This document shows positions 29,841 through 39,508 of a stretch of 64,000 bases of DNA, one piece after another. The DNA comes from a virus. Each line of letters starts with the position of its first letter. Position 1 is the first letter of the stretch. A program made the translations under genes and the position numbers. Below the pieces are notes generated by a model. The model saw only the letters and a program-made list of their open reading frames with translations. It was not told the DNA's origin and did no database searches. The stretch is from positions 21,851-85,850 of the IMG/VR virus record IMGVR_UViG_3300033146_004974; one strand, 5' to 3'.

Positions 29841-30592
29841 TGGCATGGCAAAGGGGGAGTAGCGTGCGACAAAAAATAGAATTTCTCTTGAATTCGATTA
29901 CGAACGTTAAAACAGGAAGACATGCTATAAGAAAGATGTCTAGACTTTTAAAGGAAAATGGCGAATTTGTTGCACCAATTGGTTTGGGCAATATAAAAAC
30001 GGGATTGCCCGGATTTTATCGAAAGGTTGGTGACAATTGTCCAACTTGTAAGTTTAAAAACGATGGGTGTTACGCTCAACTTGGTTATGTTGGGATTGTT
30101 GAAAAACGTTCTCCAACTTCTTCTGAAGCGGCTTTGAACGGATTTCTTATCTCCACAATTGTTTCGCAAAAATATTACAACAAACCTTCAAGATTGTTTG
30201 TATCTGGTGATATTTTTATAAATGGAGAATATGACAAAGAATTACATAATTCTTTAATTGAAGCTGGACAAATTCTCCAAACAATTTTTGGAACAGAAAC
30301 TCTTGCATATGGATACACTCATGGCAAAAATCTTTTAAAAGAAATTAAAGAATTGAAGAGTGCTGGAATTGTTTTATTGCAATCAGAATTTCATGGTGTT
30401 GGAGGTTCTGTTGTTCATCATTTTAATAAATTTGATGAGCTAAAAAGTAATGAATTTCGCTACATAAAATGTCCTGCACAGCTCAGAAAAGATTTCCAAT
30501 GCAGTGATTGCAAATTATGTATCAAATCTTATGAAAAGAAGTTGTGCATTGTTTTTAATCCACATGGGGCACTGAAAGGGAAATTCAAATGA
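29840..30592 (+). CDS. Cys-rich phage protein (GP88-like, Fe-S/radical-SAM-related)
   Basis: NIKTG, CPTC...GCYA, RLFVSGD, YGYTH, CPAQ...CSDCKLC, FNPHG. Confidence 0.6.
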   Translation: MAWQRGSSVRQKIEFLLNSITNVKTGRHAIRKMSRLLKENGEFVAPIGLGNIKTGLPGFYRKVGDNCPTCKFKNDGCYAQLGYVGIVEKRSPTSSEAALNGFLISTIVSQKYYNKPSRLFVSGDIFINGEYDKELHNSLIEAGQILQTIFGTETLAYGYTHGKNLLKEIKELKSAGIVLLQSEFHGVGGSVVHHFNKFDELKSNEFRYIKCPAQLRKDFQCSDCKLCIKSYEKKLCIVFNPHGALKGKFK

Positions 30593-31320
30593 GAATTCAA
30601 ATTGTTTCTGATCTGCACATTGAAAATTATGCAGATTACAATTGGCTTATTGAAGAGATAATAGCAACAAAAAACAAATATAAATCCGACATTCTTGCAA
30701 TTGCAGGAGATGTCGGAAATTATCCGAAAAATTTAGAATTGATTGAAAAATTTGGGAAATATTTTTCTCAAGTTATTTTTGTATGGGGGAACCACGATTA
30801 TTACAACAACCGTGGAAAATTAATTTTAGAAACCGAAAAAAGATTCGCAAAATCGGATAATATCCATTGGTTGCAACAAAATAGAATCGAAATTGATGGT
30901 CAAGGGTTTATTGGGGCGACATGCTGGTTCCCCAAAAGAAAAGATGATCAAAAATATGCTCACATGATGGCCAACAAAATTTATTCTGAATCAGAAGGAA
31001 TGTCGTGGATTTATTCTCAACATCGCTTGGCAAAGAAATTTTTTAAAGAAAATATGAAAGATGGTGATATAGTTTTGACTCACCATATGCCAACATATCG
31101 ATGCGTGAGTCCAAAATTTTCTGGTTCCCCTTTGAATCGTTTTTTTGTCTCTTCAATGACGAAAGAAATTAAAAAGGCTAAACCTTCTTTGTGGATTTGT
31201 GGTCATACACATGACAAATTTTCGGTAGAACAGTTTGAAACAGCAATTGTAGCAAATCCTTTTGGATATCCGAGCGAGATAAGGTTGCGAGGAATTTCAG
31301 AACTTGTTTTGGAATGGTGA
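30589..31320 (+). CDS. calcineurin-like metallophosphoesterase
   Basis: SDLH, AGD, GNHD, THH, GHTH. Confidence 0.92.
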   Translation: MRIQIVSDLHIENYADYNWLIEEIIATKNKYKSDILAIAGDVGNYPKNLELIEKFGKYFSQVIFVWGNHDYYNNRGKLILETEKRFAKSDNIHWLQQNRIEIDGQGFIGATCWFPKRKDDQKYAHMMANKIYSESEGMSWIYSQHRLAKKFFKENMKDGDIVLTHHMPTYRCVSPKFSGSPLNRFFVSSMTKEIKKAKPSLWICGHTHDKFSVEQFETAIVANPFGYPSEIRLRGISELVLEW

Positions 31321-31339
31321 GCACTGTTTGAAACATTCT

Positions 31340-31394
31340 GAAACGGCACGAATTCACGCTCCGCTTGACAAAACAGAGGTGTTCATGCGACGCT
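31340..31394 (+). promoter_or_regulatory. promoter with upstream GAAAC box
   Basis: GAAACGGCACGAATTCACGC...TTGACA 31365. Confidence 0.65.
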
Positions 31395-31439
31395 TAGATT
31401 GTGGGAAAGACATAAAGCGTTGACCAAACGGGGGGAAAA

Positions 31440-31667
31440 ATGAAAAAGAATCTTTGGATCATTGCAAAAAAAAGTCAGGGAGCAGAAATTGTTTACTGTT
31501 TTCATGATTCTTTTCATGGAGCTACCAAGGATTTAAGAGAGAATCGTTATCCATTCTCTCACTACCTTCGAAGAGAAAATGACAACGATTTTTATCGTTG
31601 TCATTTCTGCAAAAGGAAGATGCGATTAAATGAAAGATGTTCTTGCACGATTCCTAAAAGAGGATGA
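31440..31667 (+). CDS. hypothetical protein
   Basis: G-rich RBS; CxxC. Confidence 0.55.
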   Translation: MKKNLWIIAKKSQGAEIVYCFHDSFHGATKDLRENRYPFSHYLRRENDNDFYRCHFCKRKMRLNERCSCTIPKRG

Positions 31668-32092
31668 GTAAGTATTTCTCGGAAGAGGGAAAGATTGTTC
31701 AATTGTCCAGAAGACAAAAAAATATCGTTTCCCTAGCAAAGAATATCTCTTTTCAATCACAACATCCGACTTTTTTTCATGGTGCCGTTCTAGTTCGTGG
31801 TTCAATAATCATTAACACAGCGTGCAATACCTTGGACTATTCTTACTTTGGGAATAGATTTAGAAATGATGGTTTCAAAGCGACTCGTCACGCTGAGTTG
31901 AGTGTCATTTTAGGAATTCCCAGGAAAAATACAACTGGTTCTGATATTTATGTTGTCAGGACTAATAAAGATTCTATGTTTTGTAATTCAAAACCTTGCA
32001 TGATGTGTAGCAATGCTATGTTATATGTTGGCATCAAAAGAGTCTTTTTCTCTGATGAAAAAGGATTCATCAGAGTTATCAAATTGCTATAG
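31664..32092 (+). CDS. zinc-dependent cytidine/dCMP deaminase-like protein
   Basis: HGAVLV, RHAE, SKPCMMC, GIKRVFFS. Confidence 0.85.
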   Translation: MSKYFSEEGKIVQLSRRQKNIVSLAKNISFQSQHPTFFHGAVLVRGSIIINTACNTLDYSYFGNRFRNDGFKATRHAELSVILGIPRKNTTGSDIYVVRTNKDSMFCNSKPCMMCSNAMLYVGIKRVFFSDEKGFIRVIKLL

Positions 32093-32111
32093 CCTCGCCC
32101 TGGGAGAAACG

Positions 32112-33458
32112 ATGCGTCAAGTAAGAATCCATTCAACAAGAGTTAAAGATTTTGAAAGAAGGTTGCGCGCAATTGAAAAGAAGGCGCGCAAGGCTGGAAT
32201 CGAACCACCAAAGGCTCAATTTTCGACTCTTGAAGAAGTTCCTTATTTTTCCTATGATGGGAAAGATTTGGATTCTTATGATGGTTCGAGAACTCCCCGT
32301 GGATATCATGTCTATCATATTTATATGGTGACAAAACCCGATTATCAACTCCCTGGAGGATGGGAGTTGAAAGCTGCAATTGAACATGAAGAGGAAGCCA
32401 ACATGATTTATTCATGGGATGGAGATAAATCTTATGAAGAATTCAGAAAAGCTCCTGCCATTTGTGATCATTGCAAAACGAATCGCAAAAGGAATTTGAC
32501 ATATCTTGTCAAAAATTCTGAAGGGGACCTAAGACAAGTTGGCAAAACTTGTTTGAAGGAATATATGGGAATCGATGCTGCGAAAGCGTTGCTAGCCATT
32601 GATTCAACTCGTTTGGAAAATATGGGTTGGGATGGTGAGGCAAAAATTCCATCAAGATATCCAATTCATTTGACAATTGCTCTTGCAAAAGAGGAGATTG
32701 AAACAAGTGGATATCATAAAACCTCGGAAAAAAACTCGACGAAAGATGCTGTTATCGAAACGTTTATGATGTTGGAAAGCAGGAACGAAAAAGTCTTGCA
32801 AAGCGCCAAGGGCTATATTGCAAAAGCTTTAGACAAACATGGACAGTATGCAAAGGAAGCTGTTATTTGGATGAAGTCCGAAACTTTTGACAATGATTAT
32901 TTAAACAATTTGAAGGCAATCTGTTTAACTTCTTCTGTTTCAACAAAGAGAATGGGACTTCTCGTTTCAATGCCTTTGGCATATGACAATCATTTGAAAA
33001 AGTTGAATGCAGACAAAACAAATGACATTGAATCTGTTTATTTTGGAAGAGTCGGGGATAAGATTGGCACTCTTTTGACAAAAAGTGATCGCACTTGTGA
33101 AAGATTGACTTATTTCACCAATTTAAAAACTGGTGAAATTGTCGCATTTTCCGACACTAGATTGACCAATTTGCGAGCACAAGATTATGACAAATCTATG
33201 CTAGCAGGTTTGTTTTTAACTGTTACCACAAGGAAAGTTGTCGATGGTTATTACGGTGTTAGTACATTATTAAAAATGGTTGACTCCGAAGGGCATTTGT
33301 TCGTTTATTTTAAAAGCGGATATTTTGACGAAGTAGTTGATCCCGGTGATCAAATTATTTTGAAAGGAACAATCAAGAGGCATGAAATTTTCAACAATGT
33401 TAAGCAAACAGTTTTGACAAGATGCTCAATCACTAAACTTCAAGGTGTAGAAGAATGA
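32112..33458 (+). CDS. conserved phage protein (CDHC motif, C-terminal OB-fold-like)
   Basis: CDHCKTNRKR...QVGKTCL; KGTIKRH...QTVLTRC; GGAG RBS. Confidence 0.65.
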   Translation: MRQVRIHSTRVKDFERRLRAIEKKARKAGIEPPKAQFSTLEEVPYFSYDGKDLDSYDGSRTPRGYHVYHIYMVTKPDYQLPGGWELKAAIEHEEEANMIYSWDGDKSYEEFRKAPAICDHCKTNRKRNLTYLVKNSEGDLRQVGKTCLKEYMGIDAAKALLAIDSTRLENMGWDGEAKIPSRYPIHLTIALAKEEIETSGYHKTSEKNSTKDAVIETFMMLESRNEKVLQSAKGYIAKALDKHGQYAKEAVIWMKSETFDNDYLNNLKAICLTSSVSTKRMGLLVSMPLAYDNHLKKLNADKTNDIESVYFGRVGDKIGTLLTKSDRTCERLTYFTNLKTGEIVAFSDTRLTNLRAQDYDKSMLAGLFLTVTTRKVVDGYYGVSTLLKMVDSEGHLFVYFKSGYFDEVVDPGDQIILKGTIKRHEIFNNVKQTVLTRCSITKLQGVEE

Positions 33459-33655
33459 AAGTTTACAAGAAAATTGAATATATTTTACAGTGCGACATAT
33501 GTCGCACAATCCTAAGCTTCACGATTGGCGAAGCTCTTGAAAACGATAACCAATTGGAATGCCCAGAATGCCACAATTTTTTAATGGTTGGCGAGGATAT
33601 CCCAAGCGTATATCTCACCATTGAAGAATATGAGGAAAAGGAAAAAAGACGTTGA
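33455..33655 (+). CDS. small zinc-ribbon protein
   Basis: CDIC...CPEC; ATGA overlap. Confidence 0.6.
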   Translation: MKVYKKIEYILQCDICRTILSFTIGEALENDNQLECPECHNFLMVGEDIPSVYLTIEEYEEKEKRR

Positions 33656-34113
33656 AAAACGGATTTTCTAAAAAAAGAGTTCGCAAAGGATTCCCTGAAT
33701 TGGTCCATGGTGAATATTATACTACAAATGTTCAACCATTCTGGAACAGGTTTGTACCATTTGATAAAGACTTGAAACTTTCAATGTTTGCTTTGTCAAT
33801 TTCTTTTGAAAATTTAGAACCTTTCGCCATTGGGGTTAGGAATTTAAATGGCGAATTTCTTGTGGGATATGAAAAGACAATTCTAGGAAACGAATTGTTC
33901 ACTTCGTTCGATGGCCAGAAGGAATTTTTAAACAGATTCATCACGAATCCAGAAATCAGTTTTTTATTGGTTTGGCAAAGTTTGCTTATCAATGCAGATG
34001 AGCAACAGAAGATTCCATACCTTTTGTCGAAGGAATTTGTTAACTTTTCTGGAATCGTGTTAAGAGGGAATGCGCAAAGGGTTAAGAGCTTTTCTCTTTT
34101 TGCAAAACCGTAA
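33652..34113 (+). CDS. hypothetical protein
   Basis: TTGA overlap; ORF track. Confidence 0.55.
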   Translation: MKNGFSKKRVRKGFPELVHGEYYTTNVQPFWNRFVPFDKDLKLSMFALSISFENLEPFAIGVRNLNGEFLVGYEKTILGNELFTSFDGQKEFLNRFITNPEISFLLVWQSLLINADEQQKIPYLLSKEFVNFSGIVLRGNAQRVKSFSLFAKP

Positions 34114-34122
34114 GGAAAGATC

Positions 34123-34260
34123 ATGAATTTTGAAGAATCAGTCAAGCCTTCTCTTTTTGAGGAATTTGTTGAAGAACATGAATGCCTCGAATGTGGGGAA
34201 TTTTTTGAAAATTGTCGTTGTAACGAAATGTTGCAAGATTTGGAAGAAGATTTTGTTTAA
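34123..34260 (+). CDS. small acidic Cys protein (45 aa, not in ORF track)
   Basis: MNFEESVKPSLFEEFVEEHECLECGEFFENCRCNEM...; AAGGA RBS. Confidence 0.5.
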   Translation: MNFEESVKPSLFEEFVEEHECLECGEFFENCRCNEMLQDLEEDFV

Positions 34261-34267
34261 AAATCTT

Positions 34268-34322
34268 GAAACGGCGCAAATTCATGCGCAGTTTGACAAA
34301 ACAGGTGTGCACATGCCATGCT
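34268..34322 (+). promoter_or_regulatory. promoter with upstream GAAAC box
   Basis: GAAACGGCGCAAATTCATGC...TTGACA 34293, 18-nt spacer, CATGCT. Confidence 0.7.
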
Positions 34323-34372
34323 TGAATTGTGGGCGAGACGAGAGGGAAAGACATTCAACGAAGGACTACAGA

Positions 34373-34531
34373 ATGAGGTTTTTCACAACATTTGCTTTCA
34401 TTCTTTCCTGCAATTTGATCTCTCTGATTGTTGCAGATGTCAATCCTCTTTTAACAAGCTGTTTAGTTTTTGCAGGGATGCTGTACGGCGTCTGGGCAAG
34501 TTATGGCAGCTCGCTAAAAAGGAAGAAGTGA
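34373..34531 (+). CDS. small membrane protein
   Basis: Two hydrophobic segments; AAGGA RBS. Confidence 0.5.
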   Translation: MRFFTTFAFILSCNLISLIVADVNPLLTSCLVFAGMLYGVWASYGSSLKRKK

Positions 34532-34563
34532 AGTCATTCCAAACCTTAACGAGAGAATCGAAA

Positions 34564-34818
34564 ATGCGATTTAAATACTCCCCTTGGGGAAAAGTTCAAC
34601 ACTGTCATAAATTCTGTCGAGGAATTTATTCGGTTTCAACAGCGGGTCATGGAGGAATTTATGTTTCTCCATCCTTGAACAAAAACATTCCAGAAGAATA
34701 TAGAAATTCTTCTGGATGGTATGAAGAAGATTTAGAGGCGGCGATTCCTATGTATTTCCTTAATTTGCCAAATGGCAAAAGTGCATGGGAATCGTATCAA
34801 AAGTTTTATCTAACTTGA
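34564..34818 (+). CDS. conserved hypothetical protein (SPWG...STAGHGG...WYEED family)
   Basis: Motif pattern common in mobile elements. Confidence 0.7.
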   Translation: MRFKYSPWGKVQHCHKFCRGIYSVSTAGHGGIYVSPSLNKNIPEEYRNSSGWYEEDLEAAIPMYFLNLPNGKSAWESYQKFYLT

Positions 34819-34838
34819 TTTCGAAAAGGAGTTCTCAT

Positions 34839-35069
34839 ATGTCAAGAGGGAAAATGTATATATTAGTCGATGATTCCCAGTGTGTGGGTTGTTATTCGGA
34901 CTTGCACGAGGCTCGCAAGGTCCAAACGAGTCAGACATATCCTTGTCTAATAAGGATAGGAAGATGTTCAAAAGAGATCGAACGTGGAGACTATGTATCT
35001 TTGGTGAGTGTAATATATGACCCAGCAGTAGGGAATATCCCATATTACACTCATTACGCGAAGAAGTGA
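34839..35069 (+). CDS. hypothetical protein
   Basis: AAGGAG RBS. Confidence 0.55.
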   Translation: MSRGKMYILVDDSQCVGCYSDLHEARKVQTSQTYPCLIRIGRCSKEIERGDYVSLVSVIYDPAVGNIPYYTHYAKK

Positions 35070-35072
35070 GGG

Positions 35073-35134
35073 GGCAAAGATTTTTTAATGAGTTGTGTAT
35101 TCCCTTTTGTAAAACTCATTAAAAAATCTTTGCC
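35073..35134. repeat. perfect 22-bp inverted repeat
   Basis: GGCAAAGATTTTTTAATGAGTT / AACTCATTAAAAAATCTTTGCC, 18-nt loop. Confidence 0.95.
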
Positions 35135-35211
35135 TACAAAGAAGATGAAAGATGTGAATTTCTTTTGTTTTCATTTGACTACAAAAATTCGCACATTGCA
35201 GGGATTTCAGC

Positions 35212-36570
35212 ATGAAAGTTGATGTCAAAAGAGTTGAAAACCAAGAGTTTCAAACCGCTTTGAAACTGATGAAAAAGGTTGAAGCGGAAGGGTATGAAAT
35301 TCTTATTGTAGGAGGTTTTGTTCGAGATCTTCTTTTGGGAAGGAATTCTGATGACATTGATTTGAGCACAAATTGCCCTGAAGATGTTTTGAGCACTCTT
35401 TTTGAAACATTTGACATCGGAAAATCCAAATCTTTTGGAATTTCCGTTGTCAAATTGAATGATTTTGTTTTTGAGGTTGCGCAGTTTCGCCAAGATATTT
35501 ATGAAAGAATGGGCAAAGGAGCTTCTTTTGCAAAGGTTGTCAACTCTTTCAAAAGCGATGCTGCCAGAAGAGATTTTACGATCAATGCGTTAGGCTTGCG
35601 GAATGATGGGACAATCATAGACCATTTCGAAGGTCAAAAAGATCTTCGCCAAAAATGCGTCAAAGCAATAGGCGTTCCTGCGCAAAGATTTGAAGAAGAT
35701 GTTGTCCGAATCTTGAGAGCAATTAGATTTTCTTCAAGATTGGGATTCACCATCGAGGAGAAAACGTTGAAAGAGATTGAAAATTTCTCAAGCAAAATGA
35801 GTGCGGTCGCTTGGGAAAGAGTTTTGAAAGAGTTGAAAAAAATGGCTTCCGGGAATGGGACTCAGTTTGCGCACGCAATTGAATTGTTGGCAAAGACTGG
35901 TGTTCTCCGGGAGATTATTCCAGAGCTTCTGCAATTGCAAGGTTTGGAACAAAATGCGGACCATCATCCTGAAGGAAATGTCTGGGAACATACCTTGGCA
36001 GCGTTAAAGTGTAGCAACTCCCAAAATCCTTTGGTGAATTTTGCGATTCTTTTTCATGACATTGGAAAGATTGGAACTCATTCAGATGAGAATGGGAAAC
36101 ACAGTTATCACGGTCATGAAAAAGAGTCGTCGAAGATGTTTCGAATGATTGCGAAACGTCTGAAGATGTCAAATTCTGACATTGAGGCAATCGATTTTGC
36201 GATCTTGAATCACATGAAGTTTCACAGAATCCCAGAAATGAAGTTGGGAAAAGTTGCGAAACTGATTGGTGATAAGAATTTTGAGGTTTTGCAAAAGGTT
36301 GCGGAAGCTGATACCAAATGCAGACTTCACGCATTTAAACCAGAATCTTGGCAAAAGGTTCAGGATAAGATTGGCAAAGCAAGTCAGAAAATGGATATTG
36401 CAAAAGATTTGCCATCCGTTTCTGGCAAAATGATCATGCAGATTTTGGGAATTCCTCCCGGACCAAAAGTTGGGATTGTCAAAAAAGCTGTTGGCAACGA
36501 AATCCTTGAATTTGGAATGCCCCAAGATTTAGAAGGTTTGGTCAGGAGGATTGGAAATGAAATTTCATAA
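35212..36570 (+). CDS. cca: CCA-adding tRNA nucleotidyltransferase with HD domain
   Basis: VGGFVRDLLLG..DDIDL, RRDFTINAL, RFEEDVVRILRA, ERVLKEL, HHPEGNVWEH, LFHDIGK. Confidence 0.88.
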   Translation: MKVDVKRVENQEFQTALKLMKKVEAEGYEILIVGGFVRDLLLGRNSDDIDLSTNCPEDVLSTLFETFDIGKSKSFGISVVKLNDFVFEVAQFRQDIYERMGKGASFAKVVNSFKSDAARRDFTINALGLRNDGTIIDHFEGQKDLRQKCVKAIGVPAQRFEEDVVRILRAIRFSSRLGFTIEEKTLKEIENFSSKMSAVAWERVLKELKKMASGNGTQFAHAIELLAKTGVLREIIPELLQLQGLEQNADHHPEGNVWEHTLAALKCSNSQNPLVNFAILFHDIGKIGTHSDENGKHSYHGHEKESSKMFRMIAKRLKMSNSDIEAIDFAILNHMKFHRIPEMKLGKVAKLIGDKNFEVLQKVAEADTKCRLHAFKPESWQKVQDKIGKASQKMDIAKDLPSVSGKMIMQILGIPPGPKVGIVKKAVGNEILEFGMPQDLEGLVRRIGNEIS

Positions 36571-37528
36571 GTTTGATGGCATCAAAAATTCTATTCCAAA
36601 GGAAGTGGCTCGTTTGGTTAGAATATTCCGAAAAGACGGGATTGTTCTGGACAATCAAACATGGATTGTGACAGAAAAGATCCATGGGACCAATTTGGGA
36701 GTTTATTACCTTCCATCGGAAGGGTTCAAGATCGCTTCAAGAAACGGTTTTACTGGCACAGGCTTTTTTGGTTCTCATGAAGTTATTATAAGAATCAAAG
36801 AACAAGTCAAAAAGCTTTGGGGGAACATTTGTGAGCCAGAAATCCCTTTAGTTTTGCATGGAGAACTCTATGGAGGATTCTTTGACGGCGTTTCAAAGAA
36901 TCGAAGAGTTCAAAAAGGAGTTCAATACCGTTCCGACCATGGTTTTGCAATCTTTGATGTGAGAATCGGGGATGAATTGCAAACATGGTCAGAAATGATT
37001 CCACGCCTTGAAGAAGTTGGGTTGGAATATCAACGAATTTTATTCACAGGAACTTTGAAACAATGTCTTGAATTTCCTGAAGAATTTGATTCGTTGAAAC
37101 CAAAGGAGCTTGGGTTGGGAACTGATGAGCAAAACCTTGCTGAAGGAATTGTTCTAAAAACTGATAAGCCGATGTTTGCCAAAGATAGAAGGGCAATCTT
37201 GAAAAAAAAGAACAAAACATTTTCAGAACGAGCATGTAAAAAGGAGGCGACGATCAAGTCTCAAAACGAGATCCCTGGAAGTGTTCTTCGCGAATTTCAA
37301 ACCGTTGCGGAGTTTGTGACGTTGAATCGCTTGAGGAATGTCGTATCTCATGTTGGATTCGATTCAATGAAGGATTTTGGCAAAGTCTTGAAAGAGTTCG
37401 TCGAAGATGTTATTTCAGATTATCTTGACGAAGAAGAGAGAGAAATCTGGGATGGAAGAATGAGAAAAATGTTGACAAGAGAATGCGCACTCTTGATGAA
37501 AGATTCTATTGAAAAAGATTTGATTTAA
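36557..37528 (+). CDS. RNA ligase, Rnl2 family
   Basis: EKIHGTN, GELYG, FAIFDV, EGIVLK, LKKKN, VTLNRLRNV. Confidence 0.9.
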   Translation: MKFHKFDGIKNSIPKEVARLVRIFRKDGIVLDNQTWIVTEKIHGTNLGVYYLPSEGFKIASRNGFTGTGFFGSHEVIIRIKEQVKKLWGNICEPEIPLVLHGELYGGFFDGVSKNRRVQKGVQYRSDHGFAIFDVRIGDELQTWSEMIPRLEEVGLEYQRILFTGTLKQCLEFPEEFDSLKPKELGLGTDEQNLAEGIVLKTDKPMFAKDRRAILKKKNKTFSERACKKEATIKSQNEIPGSVLREFQTVAEFVTLNRLRNVVSHVGFDSMKDFGKVLKEFVEDVISDYLDEEEREIWDGRMRKMLTRECALLMKDSIEKDLI

Positions 37529-37609
37529 TGGGGATTTGGATTCTGAATTGTTCCTGCTTGTTCCTGATTATCATCACCATCATCATCATAACCAGAAGGA
37601 GTTGAAAAA

Positions 37610-37840
37610 ATGACATTCCAACAGTGGAAAGAAGAGTTGAATGTTTACATGCGACAAAGCCATTTGGGAATGACGTTAACAGAATTCCCAGAAATGGAAG
37701 TTGGGATGAGGGAGGCATTCACTTCTGGGAATTCCCCCGGCATTTTCTGGGAAAGTGAGTTGATCCCGATGCTTGAAGAAATGTTTGGACCATTGATGTC
37801 CGACTTTCTTAATGATGAAGAAGCTTGGGACATGGGATAA
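37610..37840 (+). CDS. hypothetical protein
   Basis: AAGGAG RBS. Confidence 0.6.
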   Translation: MTFQQWKEELNVYMRQSHLGMTLTEFPEMEVGMREAFTSGNSPGIFWESELIPMLEEMFGPLMSDFLNDEEAWDMG

Positions 37841-37842
37841 AA

Positions 37843-38412
37843 ATGAGATGGATTGTTTTGGTTGGAGCAAATCGCTTTGAAAGAATTCGTCGTCTAAGAA
37901 TTCTTAGCAAAGATGCTGAAAACTATTGTTATTTTCATGACAAGATTTTGAGACGAATGAAGGAGAACAATCCATTTTCGTATGAAAAGTGGCTATTCCG
38001 AGCTATTGAAAACGAAAGTCGTTACGGGAAGTTGACGGTTTTTATTGAAGAATTGGGCGATAATTTTTTGCCAGACGAGTTGATTGATTTTGTTCAACAC
38101 TTGAAAAACGAACATCCAGAAATGAGAGTTATCATTTCGACAGATTCTCGTTTTCTTATGGCTCAAATGAGGAAGGAGGAATTGTTAATTGTCACCGATT
38201 CTGGAGTTAAACCATTCAAAATTGAACCTCGCTTGAGCTTGGCTTCTGATTTTGACATGGAAATGTATCAAAAAACCGTTGCTAATTCATTGGCGAGGGA
38301 TTTTCAAAGATTTAAATATCTTGAGCATTCAGCCGATGATATTGAGGGCTTCAAAGAGTTTTCAACCCTTCAAGAAAAACTTTTTCGCGAAGGGTTGTTG
38401 ACCAAAAGGTGA
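37843..38412 (+). CDS. hypothetical protein
   Basis: ORF track. Confidence 0.6.
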   Translation: MRWIVLVGANRFERIRRLRILSKDAENYCYFHDKILRRMKENNPFSYEKWLFRAIENESRYGKLTVFIEELGDNFLPDELIDFVQHLKNEHPEMRVIISTDSRFLMAQMRKEELLIVTDSGVKPFKIEPRLSLASDFDMEMYQKTVANSLARDFQRFKYLEHSADDIEGFKEFSTLQEKLFREGLLTKR

Positions 38413-38416
38413 AAAA

Positions 38417-39400
38417 ATGTTGTGGGCAATTCTTTTTTTATACCTTTTGCCAGTTCCTTTTTATTTCATGAAGTTATATCAAGACTATCATGACCGAACA
38501 AATTCGGCCAGAAAAGACAAGGGGTGGCAAATCTTTTGGGAATCTTTAAAATACCCAAAAGAAATTTGGAGAAATTTTAAGGAAAAAAGAATTGCCAAGA
38601 AATATATTATCCTCGAACTGAATGCGCCCAAAGAAGAGAGCAGGCAGTTTTTTGAGGAGTTTATGAGTGATAGGAGAAAAATGCGCAGCTATATGCACAA
38701 AAAAAATGCGCAATGGGTTCCTGTTGCTGTTGATCGGGGGTTTAAGATAAAATTCACTCCTCCTATGAACAAAGAAGAAAATGAATTGGCAATGTTTGTT
38801 GGATTATGTTATAAATTTTCGACAAATCATTGGGCAACAATTGTCGATTCGTTTGAAGCCTTTACAGACATGTTTGGAATCAAATTCCACAATGGAGATA
38901 TTTTTCTTCAATATTTCTTTGCTTCTGCTTATTGGGAAAAATATGGTGAACTTCCCGTGAATAAATTGCGGACATTTGCTGAAGTTTTGGAGATTGCCCT
39001 TCAAGCAAGTTTGTTTTGGAAATTCTGGGAAGAGATTTATTTCAGGCGAATGATTCATTTGCCAAAAAGTGATTTAGCATTTTATCAAATGCACTTAATG
39101 TCCGCAAAATTCGTTTCAGCAGAATTTTATCAAGTTGCTGAAGAGGTGGTGGAATTTCTTCTTAATTATGAAGAAAAAAAAGAAGATGAATTGATCGAAG
39201 AAGAGGATGAATTGATCGAAGAAGAGGATGAATTGATCGAAGAAGAGGATGAATTGATCGAAGAAGAGGATGAATATGAAGATGAATTGATCGAAGAAGA
39301 GGATGAATTGATCGAAGAAGAGGATGAATTGATCGAAGAAGAGGATGAATTGATCGAAGAAGAGGATGAGGAGACATTTGATGACATCGTTGCTTATTAA
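38417..39400 (+). CDS. membrane-anchored protein with acidic repeat tail
   Basis: N-terminal TM segment; DELIEEE x8. Confidence 0.7.
   Translation: MLWAILFLYLLPVPFYFMKLYQDYHDRTNSARKDKGWQIFWESLKYPKEIWRNFKEKRIAKKYIILELNAPKEESRQFFEEFMSDRRKMRSYMHKKNAQWVPVAVDRGFKIKFTPPMNKEENELAMFVGLCYKFSTNHWATIVDSFEAFTDMFGIKFHNGDIFLQYFFASAYWEKYGELPVNKLRTFAEVLEIALQASLFWKFWEEIYFRRMIHLPKSDLAFYQMHLMSAKFVSAEFYQVAEEVVEFLLNYEEKKEDELIEEEDELIEEEDELIEEEDELIEEEDEYEDELIEEEDELIEEEDELIEEEDELIEEEDEETFDDIVAY
39185..39364 (+). repeat. 21-bp coding tandem repeat, 4+4 copies
   Basis: GATGAATTGATCGAAGAAGAG x4, GATGAATATGAA, then x4. Confidence 0.95.
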
Positions 39401-39508
39401 TTTGTACATCTTTGGCGTTCTGATCAACATTGCATTTTGCAAGAACCTTTCGCCAATGATTTTAGTGCCATTTTATCCATCTGCAAAAGAAGTTTTTGGG
39501 AGAAGAGA

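Noticed and set aside
39116-39442. Minus-strand repetitive ORFs (FFDQFIL, RSIHPLL, SSSSIN)
   Set aside because: They are shadow frames of the DELIEEE coding repeat on the + strand.
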